Positions 1 through 11,396 of a DNA stretch of 64,000 bases are shown one piece after another; position 1 is the first letter of the stretch, and the number at the start of each line of letters is the position of its first letter. Both the position numbers and the translations under genes were made by a program. The stretch is from Gammaproteobacteria bacterium. Lineage in GTDB: Bacteria > Pseudomonadota > Gammaproteobacteria > CAJXQU01. The notes beneath the pieces were generated by a model. It saw only the letters and a program-made list of their open reading frames with translations, searched no databases and had not been told where the DNA came from. Where the stretch lies: the NCBI GenBank assembly GCA_965238175.1, contig CBDEGZ010000003.1, positions 2,304,001-2,368,000 on the forward strand, written 5' to 3'.

Positions 1-269
1 TTTATCAACATGCGGAAACACCGGGACTCGGTGGAGAAATAGATAATCCAAAATGGCAAGCCAAATGGGTTGGTAAAAAATTACATGATGACGAAGGTAA
101 TTTGAAAATTGGCGTGGCTCGCGGTCAAGCTGCTCAAGGTTCTATGCATCAGATAGATGGTCTTTCAGGTGCTACCCTAACCAGTCAGGGTGTTTCTAAC
201 ATGGTTAAATATTGGCTAAGTGTCGGTGGTTTCGGGCCTTATCTGGAAAAATTACGACCTCACGGTTAG
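1..269 (+). CDS. nqrC: Na+-translocating NADH:quinone reductase subunit C (3' part, truncated by window edge)
   Basis: Frame from position 3 reads [18 protein letters not shown]...[14 protein letters not shown] (FMN-attachment SGAT motif); TAG at 267-269; upstream of nqrD. Confidence 0.93.
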   Translation, partial: YQHAETPGLGGEIDNPKWQAKWVGKKLHDDEGNLKIGVARGQAAQGSMHQIDGLSGATLTSQGVSNMVKYWLSVGGFGPYLEKLRPHG

Positions 270-325
270 TTAAGGGTTAATTAGCCTTGGTTTTTAACTT
301 AAATGGATACATAAAGAGATAAAGC

Positions 326-988
326 ATGAGTAGCGAAGCGAAATCTAACGTACTTGATCCACTCATAGATAATAACCCGATCACATTACAAGTATTGGGT
401 GTCTGTTCAGCATTGGCAGTTACCTCAAATATGATGACAGCACTTATCATGAGTATTGCACTGACCTCGGTTGTCGCCTGCTCCAACGCCTGCATCAGTT
501 TAATCCGTCACCATATTCCTTCCAATATCAGGATCATCGTTCAAATGACGATTATTGCTTCACTCGTTATTGTTGTTGATCAACTATTAAAAGCCTTTGC
601 CTATGAGGCGAGTAAATCACTCTCAGTATTCGTTGGTTTAATCATCACAAATTGCATTGTACTTGGCCGAGCTGAAGCTTATGCCATGAAAAACCCGCCT
701 TTTTTAAGCTTTCTGGATGGTCTGGGCAATGGTCTTGGCTATAGCCTTTTATTAATGGTTGTGGCTTTTTTCAGAGAATTACTGGGTGCCGGGAAACTAT
801 TTGGTTATCCCGTCTTGACGACAGCCAATGAGGGCGGTTGGTACATCCCGAATGGCTTAATGCTACTACCTCCTAGTGCATTTTTTGTTATCGGTTTATT
901 GATCTGGGCGGTGAGAAGTTGGAAACCAGAACAAATTGAGTCTCCTGATTATCAGATCCATCAAGTTCATCGTACGGAGGTTCTCTAA
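326..988 (+). CDS. nqrD: Na+-NQR subunit D
   Basis: [18 protein letters not shown] and [17 protein letters not shown] motifs; operon order. Confidence 0.96.
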   Translation: MSSEAKSNVLDPLIDNNPITLQVLGVCSALAVTSNMMTALIMSIALTSVVACSNACISLIRHHIPSNIRIIVQMTIIASLVIVVDQLLKAFAYEASKSLSVFVGLIITNCIVLGRAEAYAMKNPPFLSFLDGLGNGLGYSLLLMVVAFFRELLGAGKLFGYPVLTTANEGGWYIPNGLMLLPPSAFFVIGLLIWAVRSWKPEQIESPDYQIHQVHRTEVL

Positions 989-1597
989 ATGGAGCATTAC
1001 CTCAGCCTGTTTGTTAAATCGATCTTCATTGAAAATCTGGCGCTGTCCTTCTTTTTGGGCATGTGTACCTATCTTGCTGTTTCGAAAAAAATAGAAACAG
1101 CACTAGGCTTAGGCATCGCCGTCATTCTCGTACAAGCAATCACTGTCCCTGCAAATAATATTATTTACCAACATCTGCTAAAAGAAGGTGCTTTAGGTTG
1201 GGCTGGCTTACCCGAGGTGGATCTTAGCTTTCTAGGTTTAATTTGTTACATAGGTGTAATCGCTGCAATGGTACAAATCCTTGAAATGGCGATGGATAGA
1301 TACGCACCCGCTTTATATAACGCGCTTGGTATCTTCCTGCCCTTAATCACTGTCAACTGCGCGATTATGGGTGGTACTTTGTTCATGGTCGAGCGAAATT
1401 ACAATCTGGCTGAAAGTGCTGTTTACGGCGTCGGCAGTGGACTGGGCTGGGCACTGGCTATAACCGCTATTGCAGGCATTAGAGAAAAACTTAAATATTC
1501 AGATGTTCCAGATGGTTTACAAGGTCTGGGGATCACATTCATCACCGCTGGCCTTATGGCACTTGGTTTTATGGCATTTTCTGGAATTCAACTTTAG
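989..1597 (+). CDS. nqrE: Na+-NQR subunit E
   Basis: [34 protein letters not shown]; [10 protein letters not shown]; ends FSGIQL. Confidence 0.96.
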   Translation: MEHYLSLFVKSIFIENLALSFFLGMCTYLAVSKKIETALGLGIAVILVQAITVPANNIIYQHLLKEGALGWAGLPEVDLSFLGLICYIGVIAAMVQILEMAMDRYAPALYNALGIFLPLITVNCAIMGGTLFMVERNYNLAESAVYGVGSGLGWALAITAIAGIREKLKYSDVPDGLQGLGITFITAGLMALGFMAFSGIQL

Positions 1598-1609
1598 GGA
1601 TCCACGTTA

Positions 1610-2830
1610 ATGGAAATTCTATTAGGTGTAGTACTCTTTACATTCATCATCATGGCGCTGGTGGTTTTGATCATCAATGCAAAAGCCAAACTTGTTCCCA
1701 GTGGTGACATTGAAATATTGATCAATAACGAAAAGACCGTCAAGACACCTGCGGGTAGTAAGTTACTCGGTGCTCTTGCTGATGCAAATTTATTTGTATC
1801 TTCAGCCTGTGGCGGCGGTGGCACTTGTGGTCAATGCAAAGTAAAAATCTTTGAAGGTGGTGGATCAATACTTCCCACAGAAGAATCGCATATCACCAAA
1901 CGCGAAGCCTCAGAAGGAGATCGTCTTTCCTGTCAGGTTGCGGTTAAACAAGACATGAAAATTCAGGTGCCTGAAGAAGTTTTTGGCGTGAAAAAGTGGC
2001 AATGCACCGTCAAATCAAATCACAATATGGCGACCTTCATCAAAGAATTAGTCTTACAACTACCTGATGGTGAGAATGTCGATTTTAGAGCAGGTGGTTA
2101 TATCCAAATTGAATGCCCACCTCATCATATAAAATATAAAGATTTTGACATTGAAGAAGAATACCGTGAAGACTGGGATCGTTTTGATCTGTGGCGTTAC
2201 GAATCTATTGTTGATAAAGATGTAACCCGTGCTTATTCGATGGCCAATTACCCTGAAGAAAAAGGCATCATTATGCTGAATGTGCGGATCGCATCACCTC
2301 CTCCAGGGGCAAGTGACGACGTAGCACCAGGTCAAATGTCTTCTTATATCTACAATTTAAAACCAGGCGATAAAGTCACGATAGCTGGACCGTTCGGGGA
2401 ATTTTTTGCAAAAGATACTGAAAACGAAATGGTTTTTATTGGTGGCGGTGCGGGTATGGCGCCGATGCGATCACATATTTTTGATCAACTTGGTCGCTTG
2501 AAATCGAAACGCAAAGTCAGCTTTTGGTATGGTGCTCGCAGTTTGAGAGAAATGTTCTACGTAGAAGATTTTGATCAACTACAAGAACAGAACGATAATT
2601 TCAAATGGCATGTGGCGTTGTCTGACGCCATGCCCGAAGATAATTGGGAAGGTTATACTGGCTTTATTCATAATGTTCTTAAAGATAATTATTTAAAACA
2701 GCACCCTGCCCCTGAAGATTGCGAATACTATATGTGTGGGCCACCAATGATGAATGCTGCTGTTATCAGTATGTTAGAAGATCTTGGTGTTGAACGAGAT
2801 CATATATTCCTTGATGACTTTGGTGGCTAA
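1610..2830 (+). CDS. nqrF: Na+-NQR subunit F
   Basis: 2Fe-2S motif [35 protein letters not shown], ends LDDFGG. Confidence 0.97.
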   Translation: MEILLGVVLFTFIIMALVVLIINAKAKLVPSGDIEILINNEKTVKTPAGSKLLGALADANLFVSSACGGGGTCGQCKVKIFEGGGSILPTEESHITKREASEGDRLSCQVAVKQDMKIQVPEEVFGVKKWQCTVKSNHNMATFIKELVLQLPDGENVDFRAGGYIQIECPPHHIKYKDFDIEEEYREDWDRFDLWRYESIVDKDVTRAYSMANYPEEKGIIMLNVRIASPPPGASDDVAPGQMSSYIYNLKPGDKVTIAGPFGEFFAKDTENEMVFIGGGAGMAPMRSHIFDQLGRLKSKRKVSFWYGARSLREMFYVEDFDQLQEQNDNFKWHVALSDAMPEDNWEGYTGFIHNVLKDNYLKQHPAPEDCEYYMCGPPMMNAAVISMLEDLGVERDHIFLDDFGG

Positions 2831-2879
2831 AACGTAACAAACAACTAAATATTAACAAGCAACAACGGCGTAAAACTAA

Positions 2880-3074
2880 ATGACTACTTTTTTGATCGCA
2901 TTTTTCATTATTGGTATTGCGATTGTCGGAATGGCAATCGGCGTTATCGTCGGCAGACCAGCAATAAAAGGTAGCTGTGGTGGACTGAACCAACTTGGGC
3001 TAAACCAGAGTGACTGTGCATGCTCAGAGCAGAAAAAGAAAGTTTGTCCGAAAAGGATTATTATACAAGAATAA
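2880..3074 (+). CDS. nqrM: Na+-NQR maturation protein NqrM (DUF539)
   Basis: N-terminal TM helix, MAIGVIVGRPAIKGSCGGL plus Cys cluster; downstream of nqrF. Confidence 0.85.
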   Translation: MTTFLIAFFIIGIAIVGMAIGVIVGRPAIKGSCGGLNQLGLNQSDCACSEQKKKVCPKRIIIQE

Positions 3075-3120
3075 GACTTACTAACTAAAGAGTTGCACAC
3101 CTTTATAAGGAGAACAATCC

Positions 3121-3540
3121 ATGCTTGCATCAATAAAAGTTAAGGAGTACATGGGAAGAACCAGAACTACATTCACGCCTGATATGGATGTTTTACGCGC
3201 TATACATATCCTTATTGAACAAAAAATTTCCGGTGCACCTGTTATTGACGACCATGGCAATCTTGTCGGTTTTCTATCAGAGAAAGATTGTATGAAAGTT
3301 GCTCTAAATGCGGGTTATCATGGTGAATCTGGTGGTCGAGTATCAGAATTTATGGCAAATGAAATCCAGACCATAGACGTAGAAACACCTATCATCGAGC
3401 TCGCTGAGTTTTTCCTTAAATCTCCTTTTAGACGATATCCTGTTGTTGAAGATAATCGACTGGTTGGTGCGGTAAGCCGACGGGATGTACTGATGGCATT
3501 AGAAGTAATGTCAGCACCAGAGGCCAATAAGAAACAATAA
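3121..3540 (+). CDS. CBS-domain pair protein
   Basis: ISGAPVIDDHGNLVGFLSEKD and RRYPVVEDNRLVGAVSRRD CBS motifs. Confidence 0.9.
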   Translation: MLASIKVKEYMGRTRTTFTPDMDVLRAIHILIEQKISGAPVIDDHGNLVGFLSEKDCMKVALNAGYHGESGGRVSEFMANEIQTIDVETPIIELAEFFLKSPFRRYPVVEDNRLVGAVSRRDVLMALEVMSAPEANKKQ

Positions 3541-3711
3541 AGTATAAAAACAGAGCCTATACTGATTTTTTGTAGTCAAAAATGCATCAAAAAGTTGCTA
3601 TATTTTGTTTAAGGTGATTGTTTTCTATCGCTTTGTAATTTATTCTTAACACTTGGGAGTTGTGTAACTCCCTGCTATATATAATTCTAATATTAATAAA
3701 GGGGAATCTTT

Positions 3712-4011
3712 ATGAAAAAGTCATATATATCTTTAGGAGCAGTTGCTGGTATCGCTATCTTAGTTGCATCTTGTGCAGGTGGTGGTAGTGGCACAATGAG
3801 TGCCATGACTTCTTCTGAAGTTGCTGCAATGAAAAGCCAGACGACTGGCGTAGATACACAAGGTAATGTTGTCGAGCTGGGCGAATTCTTCACTTATGGT
3901 GGCGATAACATGGCTGAATACAACGGTGGTACGATAGCCACTGGTGCGAAAGATCCAGCAGTTTGCGGTTCATTCTCAGCAGCAAAATGCAGTGTTGGTC
4001 ACCTGAAATAA
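3712..4011 (+). CDS. small Gly/Ser-rich lipoprotein of unknown function
   Basis: MKK + hydrophobic stretch + lipobox LVASC; RBS AAGGGG; own terminator. Confidence 0.75.
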   Translation: MKKSYISLGAVAGIAILVASCAGGGSGTMSAMTSSEVAAMKSQTTGVDTQGNVVELGEFFTYGGDNMAEYNGGTIATGAKDPAVCGSFSAAKCSVGHLK

Positions 4012-4035
4012 GATCATTTCATGAGATTATTAAAT

Positions 4036-4063
4036 AACGCCCGGTTTACAACCGGGCGTTTTT
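4036..4063 (+). terminator. Rho-independent terminator
   Basis: AACGCCCGGTT-tac-AACCGGGCGTT followed by T tract. Confidence 0.85.
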
Positions 4064-4093
4064 GTTTAGAAAAAAAACCTAAAACTCACATCA

Positions 4094-4903
4094 GTGGAAT
4101 CAGATCCTTTTAGTCTTAGCCAGCTTCTACACACATTTAAAAATCCTAAGCTTAACCAATACTTTTGGTCTTCAATAGAAAAGATTTTCGGATTAAAAAA
4201 GACTTCTGAATTACATAAATCTATCGAACACAAAACTTCTGCTCCTGATTACATTAAATCAGTCCTTGAAAAACTTGATATCCGATATCAAATACATACA
4301 AAAACAAAAATACCCAACAAGGATCCTTTATTGATTCTTTGTAACCATCCCTTTGGCGCATTAGAAGCTTTGATTCTTTTCAATTACCTTTACGAGTCCA
4401 GATCAGACTTGCGAATAATTGCAAATCTCTTTCTAAAAAGGATCTATCCCCTATCAAACATATTATTTGGTGTTTTACCTTTCAAAGATAAATGCGCAAA
4501 AAAACAAAATATAAAAGTGATGTTGGAAATATCACGTTGGCTTGATAATGGCAATTCTCTGATCTGCTTCCCCGCAGGTGATGTATCGCACCTACAGTTT
4601 AAACCAATATCTATAAGAGATGGTTTATGGGAGAAACAAATTGCAAAATTAGCAAGAACCAGCAACTCAAATGTTTTGCCTATATATATTGAAGGCAGAA
4701 ATAGTCTATGGTTTTATCTTCTAAGCACTCAATTTCATGCGCTTAGATATGCCCTGGAACTATTAAACAAAAAGGGGAACACAATCAAAATACATATTGG
4801 TGATGTGATTGTTCCAGAGAATTTTAATTCTTATCCATCAGATATAGATCTGATTAAGTTCTTTCGAGATAAAAACAATCAGTTATCTGAGTTTCAAACC
4901 TGA
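4094..4903 (+). CDS. PlsC-superfamily (lysophospholipid/ornithine-lipid-type) acyltransferase
   Basis: LILCNHPFGALE, ICFPAGDVS, VLPIYIEGRNS motifs. Confidence 0.75.
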   Translation: MESDPFSLSQLLHTFKNPKLNQYFWSSIEKIFGLKKTSELHKSIEHKTSAPDYIKSVLEKLDIRYQIHTKTKIPNKDPLLILCNHPFGALEALILFNYLYESRSDLRIIANLFLKRIYPLSNILFGVLPFKDKCAKKQNIKVMLEISRWLDNGNSLICFPAGDVSHLQFKPISIRDGLWEKQIAKLARTSNSNVLPIYIEGRNSLWFYLLSTQFHALRYALELLNKKGNTIKIHIGDVIVPENFNSYPSDIDLIKFFRDKNNQLSEFQT

Positions 4904-7900
4904 CTGATCAGATACTTCAACCCATATTTTTTCCAATCTTTTTACAGAAATTGGACAACTTGTTCCGAGTTCCTGAGCAAATAACGATACTCGCAGTTCC
5001 TCTATCATCCATCGATAATTTTCATATTGTTCTGTTTTATCTCCATGTTCTAAATACCGCATCCAAAATTTAGAAACAGATAATGCTAAACCTTTATCTT
5101 TTTCAGGATCTCGATCAAATTTATCTAATCGTTTATCTATTGCGTTTAAATAACGTGGGATCTGTTGCAACCACTCAACTTTCGTCTGACTAATAAAACC
5201 AGGATAAATCAGATGATCAAGCTGCTCTTGAATTTCTTGTAAAACATTTAACCAGGTTAATGACGTTTTTCCGGATAGTCGTTTTTTGATTTTATGGAAT
5301 GCTTCTAGTGCTTCCTTGCTTGATTTGCAAATATCATTCGCCACAGAAATCAACTCCCCTCTTCCCTTTTCCAACCGCTGATTAAATTCATTTTGATTGC
5401 GAATTTCTATTTTATCAAAAAGAAAAGTCTGAACAATAATCGCATTAACCAAGTCCTCTTTTAATTGTTCTTTTTTACCAACAGATGAAAATAATAAACA
5501 CATTTTATCAAAGCTTGATAAATTTTTTCTTAAATATTTTATTTGTTCTGGTATCGAAATTTCGATTAATTTAATCAAACCCTGATGATTAACTTTAACC
5601 GCTTTTTCTTTTGTATCCTGAACCTGAATTGAAATCGAACCATTGTTAAAAACCAGTGATGGGTATCCACGTAATGGCATTCCGTGTCTGGTTGTCTCAA
5701 CTATTTCAGGCAAGTCCCCAAAATCCCATGCCTTTATACCATCTCGTTCAATTTTCCAATGTGTATGATCAGAAAATGTTTGCTCTACTTCACCGACCAG
5801 CTTGTTTTGCAATCGTTCTAAATTACGCCCCTCAGAAACTGCTTTGCCATTTGTATCGATCACTCTAAAATTCATGTGCAAATGAACAGGTATTTTAGTT
5901 TGATCCCAATCGGCAATTTTAATCTGAATACCTGTCATCTTTTTTAAATGATCAGACATACTCATAAATAAGTTACCTTTTCGATAAGATAAACTATTAC
6001 AACATGCTTCAGAAAAGTTAGGTGCAGGTACGAAATTACGTCGAAGTTGTTTAGGCAACGAACGAATAAGCTCGGTAATTTTTTCTCCGATCAATCCTGG
6101 CACTAACCAATCAAAATAATCAGAATGTAGTTGATTTAAAACTGCCATCGGTACGGATAAGGTCACCCCATCATCTTTTGATCCAGGTTTGAAGTGATAG
6201 CTTAATGGTAAATCCATTCCTAAAATAGATATCGTTTCTGGTAACGCTTGTTCACATATCTTCTCCGCATCCTCTCTAATCAAAAATTCTCGATCAAAAA
6301 ATAAAATTTGCGGATCTTTTTTCACAAACTCTCGATACCATTTTTCTAGTCCTAAAACATTATTCACATCCTGTGGGATTTTTTGATCATAAAAATCAAA
6401 TTGTGTTTGATCGTCAATCAAAATATCAAGCCGGCGTGATCGATGTTCCATTGATTCGATCTCTACTAGCAACTTTTTATTATGTTTGAAAAAAGCGAGG
6501 CGTGAATGCGTTTCTCCATTAACCAATGCACCTTGAATAAATAATCGTCGAGATTCAACTGGATCAATTGGTGCAAAATTCACCTTACGATCAACCGAAA
6601 GAATTAGTCCATACAAGACTATCTTCTCTAATGCTAAAACACATCCCGATTTTTTTGACCAATAGGCATCTGAATAACTACGTTTTACTAGATTTCCAGC
6701 AATTTTTATAACCCACTCTGGCTCAATTTTCGCATTGATTCTTGCATACAATTTCGTCGTCTCAACCAACTCAGTAGACATCATCCATTTTGGTGTTTTT
6801 TTAAACTGTCCTGATCCTGGAAAAATAAAAAACTTAATCCCTCTCGCTCCGATATACTCTTTTCTATCAGATAAAAAACCAATATTTCCGAGCAATCCAC
6901 TCAGCAAAGCACGATGCACAGCATCTTTATTTGCTGGCTGCTTGTTGATCAAAAAACCAAGATCGCCAGACAGACCTTTCAACTGTCTATGAATGTCGTA
7001 CCATTCACGCATACGCATATAATTAAGAAAATTTGTTCGACATAATTTACGTAATTTATTTTGTGATATTTGTTCCTTTTGTTGTTGATAAAACTCCCAT
7101 AAATTTAAGAGCCATATAAAGTCAGAATCTTCATCAGAAAACTTAGCATGTGCTTCATCCGCTTGCTGCATTTTTTCCATCGGTTTATCACGCACATCTT
7201 GTACGCTCAACGCACTGGCGATGATCAGAATTTCTGTCATGCAATTTTGATCATGCGCCGCTAAAATCATTCGTCCTATACGAGGATCCACAGGCAACTT
7301 GGCTAATTTATTTCCTATTGATGTTAAATTTCTGGAATGATCAACAGCACCAAGTTCTTCAAGTAGTTTATAGCCATCACTGATATAACGACCATCCGGT
7401 GGTTCTACAAATGGGAAATCTTCAATATCTCCAAAATGTAACGAAGACAGTTGTAAAATAACAGATGCTAAACTGGTTCGTTTTATTTCCGGATCAGTAA
7501 ACATCGGTCGAGCATTAAAATCATCTTCAGAATATAAGCGTATACAAACGCCTTCACTGACTCGTCCACAACGACCTTTCCGCTGGTTTGCTGAGGCTTG
7601 AGAAATATTTTCAATTGGTAAGCGCTGTACTTTGCTTCGAGGGTTGTAGCGACTTATCCGTGCAAAACCTGGATCAATTACATAACGTATCCCTGGAACT
7701 GTGAGTGATGTTTCGGCAACATTTGTTGCTAAAATAATGTGCCGCTTTTTATGTGCTTGGAAAATTAAATTTTGTTCTGCCGTGCCTTGCTTTGCATACA
7801 AAGCAATGACTTCAGTATTTTTCAAATTGTGTTTGCGTAGACTTTCCATCGTCTCACGAATGTCTCGTTCACCGGAAAGAAAGATCAAAATATCACCTTG

Positions 7901-8758
7901 GTCAAAATGCGATATTTCATCTACGGCCTCTTTAATTCCTTGTTGAAGATCTTTTTCGTTATCAACCCCTTCTGGCCCAGGTTCAATTAATGGTCGGTAT
8001 TGCAATTCAACAGGGAAAGTTCGACCAGATACTTCGATGATGGGAGCATTATTAAAGTGTCGTGAGAAACGTTCCGGATCAATGGTTGCTGAAGTAATAA
8101 TTATTTTTAGATCGGGTCGTCTGGAAAGCAATGTTTTTAAATAACCCATTAAAAAATCAATGTTAAGACTACGTTCGTGTGCCTCATCTATGATCAACGT
8201 ATCATAAGCATCTAAAAAACGATCACCCTGTGTTTCTGCAAGCAAGATCCCATCAGTCATCACCTTGATAGCCGTTTGAGAACTTACCTGATCATTGAAA
8301 CGAATTTTATAACCAACAATCTTACCAAGCTGACTTTTCATTTCGTCTGCAACACGTGCAGCGACGGTTCTGGCCGCTATTCGACGAGGTTGAGTGTGAC
8401 CGATAAGTCCCGTTACACCGCGGCCCATATCCAGGCAAATTTTCGGTAACTGGGTGGATTTTCCAGAACCCGTTTCACCACAAATAATCACAACCTGGTT
8501 ATCCGAAATCGCTTTGCGAATTTCTTCTCGCTTACCACTAATTGGTAATTCTTCTGGGAATTTGATATTAGGTATGTTTTTTTTACGTAATTCAACCTGT
8601 TCGGAAGAAACTAATATTTGATCTTCAAGTTGCTGCAAGGCAGAAACATTACCTTCGTTGCCTGTTTGTTTTTTTAGCCGTGATAAACGTTGTCGAAATT
8701 TATGCCGATCAAACTGCATACAGTTTTCAATGTTTTTAGCGAGCTGTGTTAAATCCAT
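4883..8758 (-). CDS. hrpA: ATP-dependent RNA helicase HrpA
   Basis: GETGSGKSTQLPK, DEAH, SAT, QRKGRCGRV; C-terminal WMIEELRVSLFAQELGT. Confidence 0.96.
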   Translation of the reverse strand: MDLTQLAKNIENCMQFDRHKFRQRLSRLKKQTGNEGNVSALQQLEDQILVSSEQVELRKKNIPNIKFPEELPISGKREEIRKAISDNQVVIICGETGSGKSTQLPKICLDMGRGVTGLIGHTQPRRIAARTVAARVADEMKSQLGKIVGYKIRFNDQVSSQTAIKVMTDGILLAETQGDRFLDAYDTLIIDEAHERSLNIDFLMGYLKTLLSRRPDLKIIITSATIDPERFSRHFNNAPIIEVSGRTFPVELQYRPLIEPGPEGVDNEKDLQQGIKEAVDEISHFDQGDILIFLSGERDIRETMESLRKHNLKNTEVIALYAKQGTAEQNLIFQAHKKRHIILATNVAETSLTVPGIRYVIDPGFARISRYNPRSKVQRLPIENISQASANQRKGRCGRVSEGVCIRLYSEDDFNARPMFTDPEIKRTSLASVILQLSSLHFGDIEDFPFVEPPDGRYISDGYKLLEELGAVDHSRNLTSIGNKLAKLPVDPRIGRMILAAHDQNCMTEILIIASALSVQDVRDKPMEKMQQADEAHAKFSDEDSDFIWLLNLWEFYQQQKEQISQNKLRKLCRTNFLNYMRMREWYDIHRQLKGLSGDLGFLINKQPANKDAVHRALLSGLLGNIGFLSDRKEYIGARGIKFFIFPGSGQFKKTPKWMMSTELVETTKLYARINAKIEPEWVIKIAGNLVKRSYSDAYWSKKSGCVLALEKIVLYGLILSVDRKVNFAPIDPVESRRLFIQGALVNGETHSRLAFFKHNKKLLVEIESMEHRSRRLDILIDDQTQFDFYDQKIPQDVNNVLGLEKWYREFVKKDPQILFFDREFLIREDAEKICEQALPETISILGMDLPLSYHFKPGSKDDGVTLSVPMAVLNQLHSDYFDWLVPGLIGEKITELIRSLPKQLRRNFVPAPNFSEACCNSLSYRKGNLFMSMSDHLKKMTGIQIKIADWDQTKIPVHLHMNFRVIDTNGKAVSEGRNLERLQNKLVGEVEQTFSDHTHWKIERDGIKAWDFGDLPEIVETTRHGMPLRGYPSLVFNNGSISIQVQDTKEKAVKVNHQGLIKLIEISIPEQIKYLRKNLSSFDKMCLLFSSVGKKEQLKEDLVNAIIVQTFLFDKIEIRNQNEFNQRLEKGRGELISVANDICKSSKEALEAFHKIKKRLSGKTSLTWLNVLQEIQEQLDHLIYPGFISQTKVEWLQQIPRYLNAIDKRLDKFDRDPEKDKGLALSVSKFWMRYLEHGDKTEQYENYRWMIEELRVSLFAQELGTSCPISVKRLEKIWVEVSDQSGLKLR

Positions 8759-8869
8759 TTGGTTTCAATTATTTTAGAGGTACATCAAGTAATGGTAACG
8801 CAACGAAATACATTAATATTGAAATTAAAAAATTCCTAAAAAGTTTAGCTCTAAGCCAGCCTTGCATAT

Positions 8870-9419
8870 TTACAATATGGTAATTCGTCTTGCAGAAAAA
8901 ACAATCGCGCTTGGTGCCGTTGCAACAAGGATCCTCCAGCTGATTGGTGAAAACAAAATCATAATAGATAGTCCAACGCCTAACCAGTGAACGAAACTGA
9001 TCTCATGATTAAATGTGTCTTTACTTATACATGAGACTAAAAATAAATGAGGTAGCGTTCCAATAAGCTGCCGATACCTCTTATGCAAACCCCATGTCTG
9101 TATCGCTAGCAAAATCATAAAACTGTCAAAGAATAAAAAGACTAAATAATGAATGTAAGCAGCAGCCCGTTTAATCGGCACAGCACCAAAAAGTAGACGT
9201 AAAATAACAAGTGAAAGTGCCGTCATATAGGTGGAGATCGCTTCTGTTAGCCACCAGATCGCTATCCAAACCGCAATTACAGCCGTGACCCTCCCTCATA
9301 GAAAACGAAATTTCAGAACCTTGAGCATCCGAATAAGTTACTGGCAATAATATGTAGGTGACCAGACCCAACATAGAACTTGTACTTAACCCAACCCACG
9401 GGATTATATTCTTTAACAT
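8870..9419 (-). pseudogene. degraded 5' part of a DASS/SLC13 Na+:dicarboxylate/sulfate symporter
   Basis: The two track ORFs join via a frameshift near 9295; second frame reads RVTAVIAVWIAIWWLTEAISTYMTAL...FLFFDSFMILLAIQTWGLHKR (family motifs WWxTEAIP, FLFLGGF, WxLHKR); remainder missing. Confidence 0.75.
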
Positions 9420-9546
9420 TTTATGTATCTGTGCTTGCCACATGCCGTTATAATAGCTCCCCAATTGAGTAATTTATCACACATTGCAACCTGGATCGGT
9501 AAGCTTTTTGCATAGGTATCTTTAGTCTGGGCTATAAAAAATATAT

Positions 9547-11361
9547 ATGGATCTGAAGTACGACATTTCCGGCGCACAAACTGATGGCGCTCGCGACTAT
9601 CAAGAAGATTCTTTTCTCACTTCTTACATACAAGCTGGTGAAAATGACGATCAAGTTACTTTAACCATTGTTGCTGATGGCATGGGTGGCCACGCCGCAG
9701 GAAATGTCGCAAGTAACCTTGCTGTCCAATCTTTCAATCAATATATTACAACCAACTACCCTGCTGATTCTATTCCAACACTTTTAAAAAGTGCGCTTGA
9801 TGAAGCCAATCAGGCTATTGCGAAAACCATAAGGGAAACAGCAGCACTTAAAGGTATGGGTTGTACCTTAGTAGCAGCACTTTTCATTAATCAGAAAATG
9901 TACTGGATCAGTGTTGGAGATAGCCATCTATTTCTTGTCCAAAGTGATGTTTTAAATAAGAAAAATGCCGATCATAGTTATGGTGGCTATCTAGACAAAA
10001 TGGCAGCAGAAGGGAATCAGGTTAAGGACAACAACAGCTATTCTCGGCATATGTTATTAAGTGCACTGACTGGAGAATCAATTCCAGCGATAGACTGTCC
10101 TGAACAGCCAGTCGAACTTAAAAATGGAGATCAAATCCTGCTTTGTTCTGATGGCATTGACACGCTTGATCAAAAAACTATCGAATCCCAATGTCTTATA
10201 ACTAAAGACGCAAAAAAGTTGACAAAAAAACTATTACGAGTAGTAGAAGATTTCCAACAACCTAAACAAGACAATACAACAATACTGGCCGTATGCTTAA
10301 CATCAAAAAACAATCCGAAAATTGCTTTATCTCCGATCAAGGCTGAGCAAAATTTTAATCCTATATCGAATAAAATAAAATCTCCTACAAGCATTCAAAA
10401 ACCGCTCACACCTCTCATTGAAGCAAAACTTAGTCGGCGAAAAAACAACGGATCTTCATTTTTATCCTGGCTATTCTTTCTCCTCGTTATCTCCGGGTTG
10501 GGAACCGGAGCGTGGTGGTATTTGAACGAAAACAAAGCCGTTATCCCAGAGCTATTACGCGAACAGGAAACGATAGCAAGTTCTCCAATACCTCCGATCA
10601 CCACCAAGACGAGTAAAAGCACTAAATCGACTAAGAAGGCCCGCACACACAAAATCATCAAGTTCAAAAATAAACTTTCAAAGGGCATCTATTCGCCAGA
10701 AATGGTTTGGATCCCTGCAGGCAGTTTCTGGATGGGCGGATCTGGAAGTTATCCACCAGTCAATGAACAACCCTACCATAAAGTAACAATTGCTAGATTC
10801 GCAATTAGTAGCAAGGAGATCACAAGAGGGGAGTTTTCTAAATATAGTGGTATTACTGTTTCCAATGCAAACAAAAACCAACCTATACGAAATGTCTCTT
10901 GGGAAACCGCAAAGAAATATACTCAATGGTTATCCAAGCAAAGCGGTAAACGTTACCGTTTGCCCAGTGAAGCAGAATGGGAATATGCCGCTCGAGCCGG
11001 AACGAAATCTCTTTACTGGTGGGGTGATAAGGTAGGGATCCATAACGCACTCTGTGTAGGGTGTACCTCTCCTCTGGAGCCAACCAGACCTAACGAAGTC
11101 GGTTCGTACCCCGCTAATGCTTTTGGATTAAGCGATACAGCTGGAAATGTCGCAGAATGGGTTGAAGATTGTTATCACGGCAATTACGACGGCGCGCCCT
11201 CAGATGGAAGTATTTGGAATAAGCAAGGCTGTAAAGTTCGTGTGATCCGTGGTGGATCCTATTTCAATGCTACGAAATCATTATACGTTTCACGCCGAGA
11301 CAAACTTCCACAGAAAAATGCAAATGTAACAGTCGGATTTCGGATAGTCAGAGAAAAATAG
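9547..11361 (+). CDS. PP2C Ser/Thr phosphatase - TM - FGE-sulfatase-like (SUMF1) domain fusion
   Basis: RDYQED, VADGMGGH, SVGDS, LCSDG, DNTT; TM near aa 305-325; RLPSEAEWEYAARAG, GNVAEWVED, RGGS, GFRIVR. Confidence 0.88.
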   Translation: MDLKYDISGAQTDGARDYQEDSFLTSYIQAGENDDQVTLTIVADGMGGHAAGNVASNLAVQSFNQYITTNYPADSIPTLLKSALDEANQAIAKTIRETAALKGMGCTLVAALFINQKMYWISVGDSHLFLVQSDVLNKKNADHSYGGYLDKMAAEGNQVKDNNSYSRHMLLSALTGESIPAIDCPEQPVELKNGDQILLCSDGIDTLDQKTIESQCLITKDAKKLTKKLLRVVEDFQQPKQDNTTILAVCLTSKNNPKIALSPIKAEQNFNPISNKIKSPTSIQKPLTPLIEAKLSRRKNNGSSFLSWLFFLLVISGLGTGAWWYLNENKAVIPELLREQETIASSPIPPITTKTSKSTKSTKKARTHKIIKFKNKLSKGIYSPEMVWIPAGSFWMGGSGSYPPVNEQPYHKVTIARFAISSKEITRGEFSKYSGITVSNANKNQPIRNVSWETAKKYTQWLSKQSGKRYRLPSEAEWEYAARAGTKSLYWWGDKVGIHNALCVGCTSPLEPTRPNEVGSYPANAFGLSDTAGNVAEWVEDCYHGNYDGAPSDGSIWNKQGCKVRVIRGGSYFNATKSLYVSRRDKLPQKNANVTVGFRIVREK

Positions 11362-11396
11362 TTTTTTTTTTAAAACTTTTGAGTTTACTTCAACAT

